Shown piece by piece: positions 1 through 13,786 of a stretch of DNA of 64,000 nucleotides. This DNA is from Ancylonema sp. (lineage: Eukaryota). A program made the position numbers and the translations under genes. The notes beneath the pieces are model-generated. The model was not told the origin of the DNA. It made no database searches and saw nothing but the letters and a program-made list of their open reading frames with translations. The stretch is from assembly GCA_050230475.1 (NCBI GenBank), contig JBFLGF010000098.1, positions 1-64,000 on the forward strand. Direction: 5' to 3'. Every line of letters begins with the position of its first letter. Position 1 is the stretch's first letter.

Positions 1-1266
1 TTGTACACGTGGCATTACGATAAATAGGTAGTGTAGCCGCATGAGATTCCCGCAAACATTGCATCTAGCCATTAGTGCATTTTTTGCTCTAACATGCACG
101 AGTTGAACCCCCAAAATATTACTCTCAAACCCCTACCCCTATTGACATTCGTTCCAGTGAAGCCTAAATCCACTGGGTTTGCAAGTTGGTCTGTTGATTG
201 CAATCAATAGTTGTAGCCGCACAAAAGACGTGTGAGAGCATTGATATTTATTGTCCACTTTGCAATCTGTCTATCCTGCACTTGTTTTGGCCCAACAACC
301 TTCATCGACCACATGACACTATTGACGGAGTCTTTTGTTTTAACTATATTGAACCTATGCATGACGTCGATACCATCTACAACAACTTCAAAATCGTGTT
401 ATGGCCACTATCGACCAAAAGTATTGTTGAGCCTGTGAGTGGCTACAGATTTACACATCCCACACACATTGACTAAGCTTATTCAATTCCTCATTGAGAT
501 GGATCCTTGTCCACCCAAACCTCCTTACTTGCTCGAGAATTATGTACAACCACAGTCGAACTTCTCCATTGCATTATCGAGTAAAACACAATTGAGGATC
601 TACATAAGGTACCTACAGGTGTTATCACGCTTAAGACATAACTGTCATCTTACTAATGGACAATCTATTAGAAAGGATACAACTTCGAGACACAAAACCT
701 CCGTATACATGCATGGCAACAGGTACGGAAAGAAAATTGCACAAATAATGTCTCTCCTCCGTGAACAACACTTTTAACACCCGCAACATAACAAGGGACT
801 TGAAAAAAAGCACTACATACGAAGGACACAAGGCACAAGGAACCTCCAACCTCAACAATTTCACGAGATGATTCAATAAGAGGGATTCCATATCACCCTC
901 ATTTCCTCTTGCTTGCCCGTTTCCCTTGCCCCTTCTTCGGCGGACCCTTCCCTCTTCGCTTCATTCTCTCCAAGTTCAAGACTCGACTGAAAAAGCGGAC
1001 ATAAAAACGGGAGCAGGGGGAATGGGGGAAAGTCAACTTCCAATATGCACTCACAAATGCACACCTTCCATACACTCACCAAACTTTGAGAACGGAATAG
1101 ATCCTACATAGGGCGGGCCACACCCACTTTCAAACCCACCCTTTGTAACGCACTTAAACATCACCATTAAGATGGGTGCCTGTAAAAGAGGCTTGACTAC
1201 ATTGACTAGTCCCAACCCATTAGCAAGGCCAAATCGCCAACGTTGTCCAACCGAAGTGGTTTTCAT

Positions 1267-1367
1267 CATAGTTGCACGGACCGGCCGACCGGGGTCCCGA
1301 GGGTCCGACTCCGGACCCGGTCCGACCGCGGTCCGAGCACCCAATCTTGCCGGTCTGTGCAACTATG
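1267..1367. mobile_element. 101-bp hAT-type MITE
   Basis: TIRs CATAGTTGCA(C)...(G)TGCAACTATG; perfect 8-bp TSD GTTTTCAT (1259-1266 / 1368-1375); internal GGACC/GGTCC subterminal repeats. Confidence 0.9.
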
Positions 1368-3130
1368 GTTTTCATAGTTCATATGTTTTTGGCATAGTTG
1401 TGGTCATTCTTACAAAATGGGCAAAACATGACGTGTGCATATAAAAGCATGCAAGCATATGCATGATCGAGGTCTAAGGAGGCTATATGTGCGTGCAAGT
1501 GAGTGCAAATTGATGTACCAAAATTGCTCTTCCTTCAACTTTTCCACGATAAGAAAGGACAAATAAACATTTTGATTGACAAAATTATGTAGATAGATCA
1601 TACATACATGCATTCCGGAAATACGAACTATTTTTTTCTAAATCTTCTCGTCGCCAATCGGCGACCAATATTTGAATGAATATCAGAAAAGCGAAGTTTA
1701 AAATGTTTTGGTCATTTCAAGACTGATTGCCATAGTTAGAAGTGGCAAGTATGACTGCGGAATGACACCGATGCATAATAAATTCGTAATTATCACTTCT
1801 CATGTTTGTAATACGATTAAATGGTTAGAAGCCACTCACGTTGCTTCCTTTGGATCCTCGAACATCGGGTCGGACTTCGAGATTGGTTCTGGGTACCAGC
1901 CGAGCACGTGGTGACCGACAAGCTGCTTGCGAAGAATCTTGTGGCCTGATCGCAGCCCATTCCCTATCACGTTTCCAAAAATTCGGGCAGAAGCTTCCAC
2001 GACGCCCTTGAGATGTGACATTTCCGTTTATTCGACCCTAATGAATATCAGATCAGTCTATCCGGAACGGAGAAGGCGGGAATTACGATAGTATGACATC
2101 AACGCTGCTGACCTCCCCAGAATCTCAATAAATGTCTGTAGGTAGAGCCTCCCATAAAAACAAACCGTGGAATCCTGGCGCCGCCTTTTCTAGCACGTAA
2201 TGAACCTTGCGAATTTCTCGCTTCGGTGCGAGTACCTGCTTTGTTCGTGGCTTGTTCCAGCATGTACGGGTCCTTAAGGCAGTCCGGGTTCAGACTGCTG
2301 CCCGCTGACTTCCCGAACCGCGATTCGCCACTGTGGCGCAATTGTTGCCGATGCAAGGTGGCAAACGTATCTAGCAACGAGGATGCTTTGGAAACGTACA
2401 GTCACACTTCGAATTATCGAGATGCAACGTCTGCCTACACCGGTAATTCGTTTTCTACGGGAGCTTATATGGGCTTAAGTTAACCGGCTACCGGTATACC
2501 CCGAAAAGAAACCTGGAAATTTTCAGGTTACGTAGCGTAGCATAACGTCTATAACGTAGCATAATGTTATGTCGAGGTCTTCCAGACCGAAACCTTTTCA
2601 GACTTTTGCGCGAGATCCGGCGCGGATTGGGGGCAGCCGTGAGAGCAAGCCTATGGATTCGCCCACCGGTTGCGCCCGCCCCCTGCTTGTCGCGGAGCAC
2701 ATCACTTTCAGAGAAACTTCAGGTGAGTCAGCAGAAGGCGACACTAGAATTACCCGCGGCTTGGAAATGGAGATGTTTGGTTAGCTGGAGTCGTGCATGG
2801 GTGACTGAGGGAAGGACTAGAGAGTGGGGCGCCAGACTCAGTCCGGAGCGGCAACTACTGTTCAGCGCATTCGGGAAATAGACCCTTGGCTTTCCTACAG
2901 AAAAGTCCAGGACGAGCGTCGAAGCAAACGCCCATTGAATTTCGAAGAGTCGCACACACAAGCGATAGGTCTGTCTGATGCGTAGTTCCATTATGACCGG
3001 TACCGTGGGCCAGTGGTGGATTGACGAAATGCCGCTGTCAAGGTAGCACGAATTCTTGAGTTTCCCTGCCCCCAGGGGAACCAGTGCTTTTCAGTTGCCG
3101 CCATCTTTCCTACGGACGCGCAGAGTCGTA

Positions 3131-3466
3131 ATGCAGGGCCTTCAGTCCCCCGTCTCAGCCTTCGCACCGTTCGTGCGAAGGGACTATCTGGAGGAGGCGG
3201 CCGTGGATGCCGATTTTCGAGTGGCGACGGACGGCGGTTTGAGGGGGAGAATGGGGAGAAATTGCTGGAAAATGTCCGAGTACACGTGGCATATTCTGCT
3301 GTCCTTCTGGGCTCTTTTCCTCGATTATCGGAGAGCTGTCGCTGTCGGCGCTGGGGCTCTGCTCGCTCTGCTAGTGGTCCAGCACGAAAGCAGTGACGTG
3401 GCAGACGCGAAGGTGTTCCGAATGGCAGCGATCCTCGTTTGGATGGCGATCTGGTGGCTCACGGAG
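3131..3466 (+). pseudogene. 5' exon remnant of a tonoplast dicarboxylate transporter-like (SLC13/DASS) gene
   Basis: Translation ends ...FRMAAILVWMAIWWLTE, matching the W-M-x-x-W-W-L-T-E motif at the N-terminus of SLC13/tDT carriers. It is followed by ATACGC where a GT donor would be expected, and no downstream exons are recognisable. Confidence 0.6.
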
Positions 3467-3772
3467 ATACGCACGTGCGGATTAGACGGGGAGAAACATG
3501 ATAAACCGTGAAAAAAAATACTCAACTACCGCTGGGTCGCTTTTGAGCTGGGCAAATGACCGCCGTCCGAACACGTGTGTTAGTCCAGTGAACTGTCCAC
3601 GAGTCGAATACGGACGTGTTCCCGCTTCATTCTCGGGTCAACCCCCGCCCACTGACTGAAGAATCAATGGCAGGCCTCTGTAGGGGATCGGCAAAAAACA
3701 TGGGGGGGCATGGGACTGAAAAACAAGGTTGACTCTGTGTCAAAGTCATCCTCACTTTCTCCGCCCTTCTAC

Positions 3773-3850
3773 CAGAATGTGGCAGAATGTGGCAGAATGT
3801 GGCAGAATGTGACAGAATGTGGCAGAGTGTGGCAGAATTTGGCAGAATGT
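3773..3850. repeat. 10-bp tandem repeat (CAGAATGTGG) x about 8
   Basis: Directly visible. Lies about 90 bp downstream of TAGGGGATCGGC (3681), which resembles the TIR of the hAT element at 46810, so it is probably a TE subterminal array. Confidence 0.85.
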
Positions 3851-4282
3851 CCGATGCAAAAAGTTGGTCATCCGACCTGTCGCTGACTAGACATACTTGG
3901 CTTGGGTCTGAACAGTCGTTTAGTCTGATGTCTGATTGAGTGACTGAGCTTAAACCAATGAAACCAGTTCTGTCAAAAAAAGAAAAAAATAAAAAAAAAA
4001 ACCGGAATTTACACATGCACAATTAGATGCTCTTCTTACACCCCCCGCCCCCTGTGTCATCCAAGATATGCAGAAACTCCTTTCGTATTACTCAAAAATT
4101 GAAATTACTCACAAGTGCACTACATAATCAACCATGTGTTGTGTTCTGTAACATGGAAAATTGAGTTTGCAAGCCATTTTAATAGCAATGGTTTATAGAC
4201 GATGGATTGACGTCATAGTTGCATGGACTCATACACCGCACAGGATCTTAAATGGGCCCGGTTCTCCTCAAAGTGACTTAAA

Positions 4283-4508
4283 CCGTAGCGGCCATCCATA
4301 AGACCCGGGGTTTTAAAATCAATTTTTAAATTGAGAAACCACCATTTTCACCGCCCAACACAAAATTTACCCAAATCATGAAAAATATTTATTATCTGGT
4401 GACCCACATTATAGGATGGCCCATTCAAAAAAAAAAATGAATTATTTAATATGACCCGACCCACCCTTCTCATAATTATTTGAGGGTCACCATGTGTGGT
4501 CAGTACGG
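4283..4508. mobile_element. MITE, CCGTAG(T/C)GGCC...GTACGG family (Tc1/mariner-like)
   Basis: Homologous along its length to 51368-51607 (shared GGTGACCCACATTATAG and TGACCCGACCCACCCTT blocks); right end GTACGG followed by TA. Confidence 0.7.
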
Positions 4509-4666
4509 TACTTCGGATAAATAAAAAATTATAATATTTTCAATACAAAGAACCGAGTTGTAATTCCAAAGTAATCGACACATAGTTTATTTGACGTAGC
4601 TTGATAATAAAAAAAAAAAAAAAAAAAACAAAACAAAAACAATCAAAAATCATCATTGTCTTATCA

Positions 4667-5517
4667 TACGGTTGGCGACACCGCCCTACCGCCCTACTCC
4701 CTACCGTCCTACCACAGTAGCTACTGCGGTAGGTACCGATGCCCAAATATGCGGTAGGGAGGTAGGAAATTTAGCTGAACGGCAGTTGGCTCGGTAGGGG
4801 GTAGGGCGGTAGGGAGGAACCGGTAGGATCGGTAGGGAACGGTTAGGGACTCGCACAATACCCGGTTTATTTTTAAAACCGTAAACCGTAAACCGTAAAT
4901 ACATGTAGTGTACGGATACGTACGAATTCCGTATATTATTAATCAACACGTAGGCGGGACCCGGACATAAGTATTGATTATCACATTCCGGAGGTTTGTT
5001 AGCAATTACAACTCGCCTAAGGTCGGACTTGTTTTTTTTTTTTTTAATTCGCGATATGAATAAAAGACAGGTTATGATGAACATAATTAATTACGGCACG
5101 ATTTAATACATATAATCGTTGTGATTTATTAGCGCAAATAATATTGATTAACTTCGAATCTATTTTAAGTATTAATGTATTTGGTTTCATATCTTGATCA
5201 AAAACTTAGATATAACCATATCACTAAGCTAACGACAAGGATGCATACTTGTTTACTTTGTTTGATAGATCGATCCAAGTTTTTTTTTCCTTTTGGGATG
5301 AAACTTTTGGTTTTGATTTCACGCAAGGAAAAAAAAACCCTACCGTTTCCTACCGCGCCCTACCCTCTCCCTACCGATTTCTCTATCGTCTACCGCCGCC
5401 ATACTCCCTGCCGACGACCAGCCGGGCTGGGCACCATAATCGGTAGGAAAGCGGTAGGAGAAAATTACCATCATCGGCCCTCTACCGCAGGCCGATGATA
5501 AGGTGTAACCAACCCTA
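4667..5517. mobile_element. Degenerate non-autonomous DNA transposon with CCTACC/GGTAGG subterminal arrays
   Basis: Imperfect TIRs TACGGTTGGCGACACC / GGTGTAACCAACCCTA; dense CCTACCG and CGGTAGG repeats at both ends; no clear TSD. Confidence 0.5.
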
Positions 5518-6725
5518 CCCGTATGCATGGATAAACTTTCTTGTGTGATAGTAATTTTCTCTATTTTTTCACCAAATGTAGAGCAACATATTGTTTTCAC
5601 TACAAGAAGTAGGCTAATTAACATTTTCTCTATCGTTTCGAACCTCAAAACGTCTTGATTCAGATTTTTGGAACTCATATGCTTAGAACAACATAATTCC
5701 CATTTCCTAGCAACTTACATGGTTATGTACACCATTTATATGATACGTTTCCATCATCCTATCTGGGCATGCCACTTGCAACAATTTTCTTGTAATAGTT
5801 TATTTACATTTTCCAAACACTTCATTTCAAATGCTTCCGACTCTATGTTTTAATGCCTCTACTTCTATGGTTCCAATGAGATTTCGGCAAATGAAAATGC
5901 ACCACATCTTGGATGAAAAAAGGGAGAATGGAGCACATAATTTCCGCGCCGTATCATACGAAATCAAAACTTGATATTTACTCACTTACTATATATAAAA
6001 AAGTATCCTTACTACCATGTTTTTTCCGCGTATTTCTTTGTGGAAGTAAAAACATAATTTTCCTCGGAAACAAGGTCACTCTTAAGTTTCCCGGCTCGCC
6101 CGGCTCTGAACCGCTTCCACCTCGGAACCAGATCTTAAAATAAAAAATTCAAACCGATACAACTGGCAACCGGCACCGTGCAACTACTTCTAACGTGCCA
6201 TTCGGAATCGATAAGGGAAATCGACACAAAAATGACGTAATCAATGAATTCACAATGAGATGAGATTGGGGATTTGATGGGAATCGAGAGAAATCATAGT
6301 TGCGCGAAGAAGCACAATTTATTTTTTTGGCACCGGTTCGGAACCGGGCGAACCGAATGAATTTCAAGGCTCCCCTCGTTTCCTCACAAAAGTAGGCTTT
6401 CACTTTCGCAACACTTACGCGGGGAAGTCATAAGTTAGTATGGACTCAAAACTGCGGCTGCCCGGCACATTTGGCTATTACATTTTACAATATTAGTAAA
6501 CATTGTCATCGTCCAAATATGGCGCGGTCTTCTTTTTTCCCGATATTAAGACGTGGTAATATTATTTGCCAACTGTTATTTGGAGAAAAGGAATAGAAGC
6601 ATTGGGAGAAGAGAAGTAGGAGCAATTGTAATGAATATTCGGGTCATTCAAACGAGGCAATAAAAGAGCATAAGTTTAATATCACAATCGCACGCGGCAT
6701 TACAAGATTGGGAAGTGGGAATGTA

Positions 6726-7386
6726 CCATACTCGGCACCCTAAATGATTTCTATTTTCTCAAAATTAATTATTTCCGTAAAGATTTTTCAAAATGATCCC
6801 AGGATTCCGTTAGTTATTATCGATTATTTATGGTAATAATTCCATGAATCCGTTAGTTATTATCAATGATTTTTGGGGATGATTCCGGATTGTTGGAATA
6901 AAAAGCGTAAAAGATTTCCTTGTTTAGGAATTTAAAATATAATGATTTGTCCTTATCTGGGTCATTCTTACATATTTACCGTACATTTTGACGTCACAAG
7001 TGCACGTGGCAAGCACTCGTACTAGTCGCGATATCTCCACCGGTCACAATTTTGTCGTTATGGATGGTCTTAATTTGTCGTGTAGCGCGTCTAGTCGGTA
7101 TTATTTCCCATATCCTGGGACTTCAGGGCCTGGTACGTAGTTTCTGACGTCGTAAATATTACTCGTCCAAAAATGTGTCCTTTTGCACGTGCCTACTTTG
7201 TCGTGTACCCCGTTTCATCACATCTAGAGTCACATCCAGGTGACCCCGAATTTCCCGTAAATGATTCCTAAAACGGGATTTATTGATGATTTTGAGTATC
7301 CTTTTTTAACCATTTAGTAATTAATTTAAATGATTACTTTCGGGTTTCAATAATTAATTAAAAATCATTTACGGTGCCGAGTACGG
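6726..7386. mobile_element. About 660-bp TA-flanked MITE (Tc1/mariner-like), copy 1
   Basis: TIRs CCATACTCGGCACC / GGTGCCGAGTACGG flanked by TA; a closely similar second copy lies at 58513-59812. Confidence 0.85.
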
Positions 7387-8018
7387 TATTGTCGCACAAA
7401 AAACATGAGCATTAACATATTTAGGAAATGAAGGATGTGAGTTAAAGACAAACGAGCACCTTGTCATGATTAAATAAAATAGCATGATGTTTTCAATGTA
7501 TGTTTTTACTTACTTACTATTAAAATAAAAAATAATAAAAGCGATGCGCTAGAACAATTTCGACAACTTGATGTTGACTATACAAAAACTAAGAATCGCA
7601 CAAGAAGTCAATCCATGTTGTTATTATTATTATTTCCCAACGAACATATTGTTGTTATAATTGTGTTGATGTTTTTGTTGGATTTCTCGTGTATATTTTT
7701 GATGCGGAGTTTTACTATTTATATTCGTTATTTTACATCGGTGCGCCATAATTAGGTTGATTTTCGATATTTATTTGCGCCAGGTTAAAACAATCGTTAT
7801 AGTACGCGCCAAAAACGTCGGAGTCCGCGCCAGACAAAATGGTTATCTAATTTAGCGCATCATCTCTGGCCGCTAATGGTACAAGGCAGGCTAATAATCA
7901 ACGTATGGCAGAATCTTGGTGGAATAAAGATCGTTCACTCCGTCAACGTACTCCTCTCAAACTGCTGACTCAACCAATTTTGTTATGTACGAGGACATGC
8001 GTCTCCTCTTAAAGCTGC

Positions 8019-8230
8019 CATGCATAAACTCGTCTGGCTGTCAGAGGAAGCGTCATCCGTGGTGGACAATGTCGACTGAGCGCAACCATGTTGTTTCAAA
8101 ATATTTTTTATGCAGCGCAGGTCTTGCCACGTGTTCTCCTCTGATGGTCGTCTCCTCGGATGCGTGAAGATTCTGTCCTTAGAACGACACGTCGCCATCT
8201 GTATCGGGATACCAGTTGCTTATTTATTTC
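8019..8230 (+). promoter_or_regulatory. Oleosin upstream region with RY and ABRE/G-box motifs
   Basis: CATGCA (8019-8024), GCCACGTG (8126-8133), GACACGT (8186-8192) and an AT-rich TATA-like TATTTATTT at about 8221, all within 400 bp of the ATG. Confidence 0.45.
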
Positions 8231-8403
8231 ACCTGAAGATCCATGCGTTTCATATGTGGCTCGGCGAGGTAAAATCAGTTTCGAACTTGCTTCCAGGAAG
8301 TAGTGCACTGTCGTGGTCAGATTTTCGAAAGCAATCAGGAAGTTTTCAATTTTCTCGACACCTCTTTCAAAGGCTACCGATTCGAAGGCCACCGGTTGCC
8401 GCC

Positions 8404-9609
8404 ATGTCTGAAACTACCCTGAGCATGAAGTAAGGATCCGTCATGTTTGTATACATTCAATGTATAGCTTGTCCTGAAAGAGCGAGCTGAAAATGAAATT
8501 TCAGTAACAACCAGCTGAAAATGAGCGCGTATGAGGGTGCTCATTTTCAGCTGGTTGTTACTGAACAGTTTCATTTTCAGCTACAAAGATATTGAACATC
8601 AAAATGAAGATTAATCTGACAGGTAACAGGTAACACATGTTACCTGTCAGAATAATCTTCACACAGTCAGATTAATCTGTCAAATTAATCTTCTGATGTT
8701 CCATATCTTTGTAGCGATGCTCGTAAATACTTTATGTGACGAAAATATTCGGTGCCAATCTCCGGCGCTCATTTCTCCTATTATTATCTCGATTTTCTGA
8801 ATTCCTAGCCAGCTATGTCGACGTTTCAGTAAATTCCTACTATTTGCTCCTTTCTTACTCCGCCGACATGTGTTCAGAAGTATTTTCGTATTTTGCTACC
8901 GCATGTGTTCAGGAATATTCTCGGTGGCTTGGTCGGCACGGGTATTCTCGCCACCTTGGCGACTATCACGGTTGCTTCGGGAGTGGCCATGGCACTCGTC
9001 AGCCCCATCTTGCTGCTTCTGAGCCCGATCCTGGTGCCAGTCGCCATCGCAGCAAGTATGTCTTCTGGGAAGAATCATTTTTTTTTGTGTCGGGCTGTTT
9101 TTTGGGTGAACCAAATTTTTATGTTTTCGGTTATTTTCAGATGCTATAAAATAAGAGTGCAGATTTTCATGTGTTCTCCATCAGTTGTTCTTGCCACAAC
9201 GCATATTTTCGAGCTAAAAGTGGAGTGATAGCCGTGATGGAGATTTGACGACGTGTCCGTTCTGGGTTGATTTGATTTGGTACTGTCACCTTTACTTCCA
9301 GCCGCGCTCTTTTCCCTCATCGGGGGAACCCTCGGGAGCCTCTACCTCTGCTACTGGGTGTTCGAGTACATGAGGGGCGATGGACCCCCCGGCACCGGTA
9401 AAGTGAACAAGGTCATCCGTAAACTGGAGGAAGAGGCTCGCTATGTCTATCAGAAAGGCGAGGAGGGCGTACACGGAGTGATGGGATTGGCTGAGAAAGG
9501 TGTCAACGTGGCGGGAGAGACAACTACGGATGTGCTCGCATCCGTAGTCAGGAAGGCAACGGGCGTGGTTGGTGATACGACGTACGAAGCCACTCACCAG
9601 CCACGCTAA
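8404..9609 (+). CDS. Oleosin (lipid-droplet protein), 3 exons: 8404-8429, 8913-9055, 9302-9609
   Basis: GT-AG introns with compatible phases; long hydrophobic hairpin containing the canonical proline knot PX5SPX3P (PILLLLSPILVP), followed by WVFEYMRGDGPPG as in oleosins. Confidence 0.92.
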
Positions 9610-10593
9610 GAGAAGTGTGGAGGTTCTGGCCGTTGGAAGACATACCAGGCCGACTCGTTGGAGGAGCGGATGGGTTTATTAGTGGTCGAGAGGTTGGAAA
9701 GAAGTTTGACTCTGATTTCGAGCTGGTTCGTACGTTTTGTCTTCGGCCGATGATAGGACTGTGATGTACATTTTTTGCTACATGTATGATAGTGTATAGA
9801 AATATGGTAAGCAACATCGGATAAGTTGGCGTATCGAATAAGGTTTTTTTTTAAAAAAAACTCCATGTGTTGATATCGAGAGGATATGACATCGAGAGGA
9901 TATGGAAATGGGGAGTATATATCCTCATTGATGTGTTTGTGGAATCATTGTGAAAGTATGCATCATGTTCTTTGACTTTCATTATTACGACATGCAATGC
10001 ATTTAATACGAATGCAACTTCAACTTTCATTCTATTTTTTCTGAGTAATCCTTAAGCGTCGTTCATCCATTTTAGGCTGGAAATGAAAATAAAAAGGTAA
10101 GGACTAAATTTATATACCATGAGCCGATCATATCGATTGTCATCATGTTTATGATTATGATTAAGTCACATCATGACAAGGATTGTAGAACTTATGACGG
10201 GTATCATTTTGATTGCGAAGGTATGTAAATGTGACTCATAAGTGTGATGTAAACAATTAAAAATCGTGCTAAGCGCTTTAACTATCAACACAATGAATGG
10301 TATACTGCGTGAAATGAAATAGTTCTTGAAATGCAAAATGAGATTTGTTTGGCATTAATATTTTCGCAAGTCGAAATATCGAAGCCGATTTTCTTGAAGC
10401 CGGAATGCCTCGCGTCCTATGACAATTACTATTGTTATGTTAACAATTTACAAATGAAGTATGTATCGCTATGCTTAGGATGTAGAATGGCGAAAGTAAG
10501 GAAGTATATTGATATCTTTCAACATCTTCTCAACGATGTCAATATATAGACGTCGTGGCAAGTTAACACTTAGCTTGTACGGCAATTTGGTTT

Positions 10594-11017
<424 letters not shown>

Positions 11018-11099
11018 AAGGCAATGAGATGGGAGAAGCTGAAGGTCATGTTTTGCGAGAAAAATATAAATTTATAGCGGCTCTAGACCCCGAATTGAA

Positions 11100-13115
11100 A
11101 TAAGTATATATCGAGAAAATGGATGGAATGAAAACGAGTGACACGGGAGATTTATTTACGACCCTCAATTTGAAAAAAGAAACAAGAATGGAAATTTCGA
11201 CTACCTTGAACACGAGTGATGGATTTTTCAACGGATCCCCGGGAGAAGTTCATAGTTTCACTATAAAATGGGAAAAAATCGAGACGGGGAATATCAAGTT
11301 CGAGATCCAAGAAATCGGAAGGAAATGGATGCGGGAGAAATACCCGAATATATCTAAAAACGACTCGTCAATTGTTTCCATTCCTAGAACACAAACGACG
11401 CTCAACGTGAGAGAAAAAATACTATATGAGCTGCGTGACACGAAAACAATTTCCATTGCGACCCAACACGGCCATTACGATTCATCGATCGCAAGGAAGA
11501 ACAATCCCTAAAGGAGTGATAGACCTATCCAAAGCAATCCGGAATGCATTACGTTGCTCTAAGCAGATTTCCAAACCTATCCAAGATCTCCATCATCGAA
11601 CTCAACGAGAGAAAAATCGAAGTGCATCCAGCGGTTGTAAGTGAAATGCAAAGACTTCGAACCACGAGACAACTCGCGCTCATCTCCCGACCTATAAATG
11701 ACATTCCCAAACCAAAACTCCGCATCATGTTCCAAAACGTAAGATCCATGAATAAATATTTCGAAGAAGTGAAAAACAATAAAGAATTCCAAAGCGTTGA
11801 TGTGCTACTCTTCTGTGAAACGTGGCTCTCCGAAGACGAAAACAACGACGATAAATAAACCCCTGAGAACTTCAAAAAACCTTATATATTATCAGGATCA
11901 AACGGTCGAAGAGGACTGATGGCGTATTCTAAAATTTCATTTCTCATTACACAAAGAATAGTGAACGAATATTGTGAACTGATACAAATATCTTTTATAT
12001 AAAAAACAATGCCATACTCAATCATTTCATTTTATATGCCGCCAACATAAAAAAATGTGAGTTACCTAATAGAATCAATTGAAACGATAATGAGAGATCC
12101 ACAACTCCATCAAACTATTGTCATCATAATCGGAGACGAAAACATATACCTCACAACTCCAAACAACCACGACCTTACAAATGGGTATATGAACGAACTA
12201 CAAAATCTAAACTCAAAACAAAAAATTTCAGAACCAACAACAATATACAATGTTCGGTGTCATTCATTTTGTCAAATCTTTATCGATGATATCGACAGAT
12301 CCTCGCTCTTGCTGACCACTATCTTTTTGTGGACAGAATTCTCTCTTAACTTTCTGACTCGCGCTTCTGTCCCTCTGTGGACAGGAATCACTCCTCGCAC
12401 TTCTGCCTCTGTGTGGGCAGGAATCTCTTAATCGCACTTCTGCCTCTCTGAGGGCAGGAACTTCCACAATATGTTATAGGCTATCGATGCGCAGGATACA
12501 TAGGGGAATTACGTAAAGCATTCAACACGAGTGCTGATGTTTGCAGGATGTCAAGATGTCCAGAGTAAATGATTTTATAGATCGTAGCCGAGTAGGCTAT
12601 ATCCCTTGTGAGTACAACAAATCGCTATAATCTTCTAGCGTGTTGGATAGCGTTGCGGCGCCGCTATCCTAGTCATCTTGTAATTCCTCCTAGTCACCTT
12701 CCTTATCTATGCCCCATGCCCATCCCTTATCTGACTGTGTCGATATATGTAAATGATGACTTGGACCTTCTCACTATTGTACAATGTCATGATGATGCAC
12801 CCTTTCTTGTCGATATCTATTTATTATTAATTTATTATAGTTATTAACCCCTAGTACTTAATATTCAAGTTTATAAATTTGATGCATTTACAATTATTAT
12901 CCCTACATACAACTCCATTTTATATCGCATATGGATATCAAACAATAGCATAAACCACTACAAAGATGTCCGAACCACATATTATAGTGACCACATGCCT
13001 CTACTACTCGATGCTATGTAACACCCTCAATCATATAAACCCCCAAAAAACCCAATGCGGGGGGGGGGTGAAAATGTGATAAGGCTAACGCATCATGCGT
13101 TTAGCTAAAACTTTT
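11100..13115 (+). mobile_element. Decayed 3' part of an endonuclease-encoding Helitron (Helentron type): Pif1-like helicase C-terminus + AP/EEP endonuclease
   Basis: Pif1 motifs QFPLRPNTAITIHRSQGRT and YVALSR; EEP motifs FQNVRS, FCETWL, IIIGDEN and, after removing the solo LTR, PTT...YYSDHMP; several frameshifts and stops; 3' hairpin GCTAACGCATCATGCGTTTAGC at about 13084-13105. Confidence 0.8.
12251..12907. mobile_element. Solo LTR (657 bp) inserted in the Helitron endonuclease
   Basis: TG...CA termini, 5-bp TSD TACAA (12246-12250 / 12908-12912); excising it restores the endonuclease reading frame. Confidence 0.88.
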
Positions 13116-13786
13116 TCGGTACATTAAAAACATAAATATATCAAAAACAATTTAAAAAAAACACAAATGCCGCAAAAACAAAATTTTCATAAAATTAAAA
13201 ATAAAAGAAATGACTAAGAAATAATCAAACGTCTTCCACACCCAAAAAAAAAAAAAAAAAAAAAAAACAATTAAAAAAAAAAAAAAAAAAAACATGTTCC
13301 GCAAAAGGAATGGTGTGGCCGAGAATTCTGAGATCACCAAACCTCTTCTGGCACAAAAGCATATCCTATAAGGATGGAGGGTAGCATATAAAATCAATAG
13401 GAAAAAGGGTTGTAGTAGGGGACCTAACACATAAATGCATGAACCAAAAAAGTGAGGGCCTATCACAAATGAAATCGCCTTTAGTAATGGAACGCGTACT
13501 TTTTTTTTAGCAGTGGCGTAAGTGGTGGCCCTCCGCTTACAAGCCGCTGACCCCAAAAAGCGAAAGAACCACGCGAAATTTTCCCCAAAAAAAACGGGTT
13601 AATGAGCCAATCAATGACCGACACGTCATCAATGCCACGTCATAAATGCCACGTCATCATAGCAACAAAGAAAACGAACAGCCAATCAGAGGCCGCCACG
13701 ACGCACATGTGGCAAAAAAAGTACGGCAAAACCGTACACATTTCATCCGTTTCAAAGCGACTTAACTACTTGGGTCTTGAAAATAC

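Noticed and set aside
1..1250. Short ORFs and possible exon remnants at the window start
   Set aside because: No motif support and no consistent splice model.
4873..4899. (TAAACCG)x3 as an interstitial telomere
   Set aside because: Only three variant units, inside a TE remnant.
13617..13712. GCCACGTCA/GACACGTCA cluster as a promoter
   Set aside because: Lies between TE remnants with no adjacent gene; such motifs are common in transposon termini.
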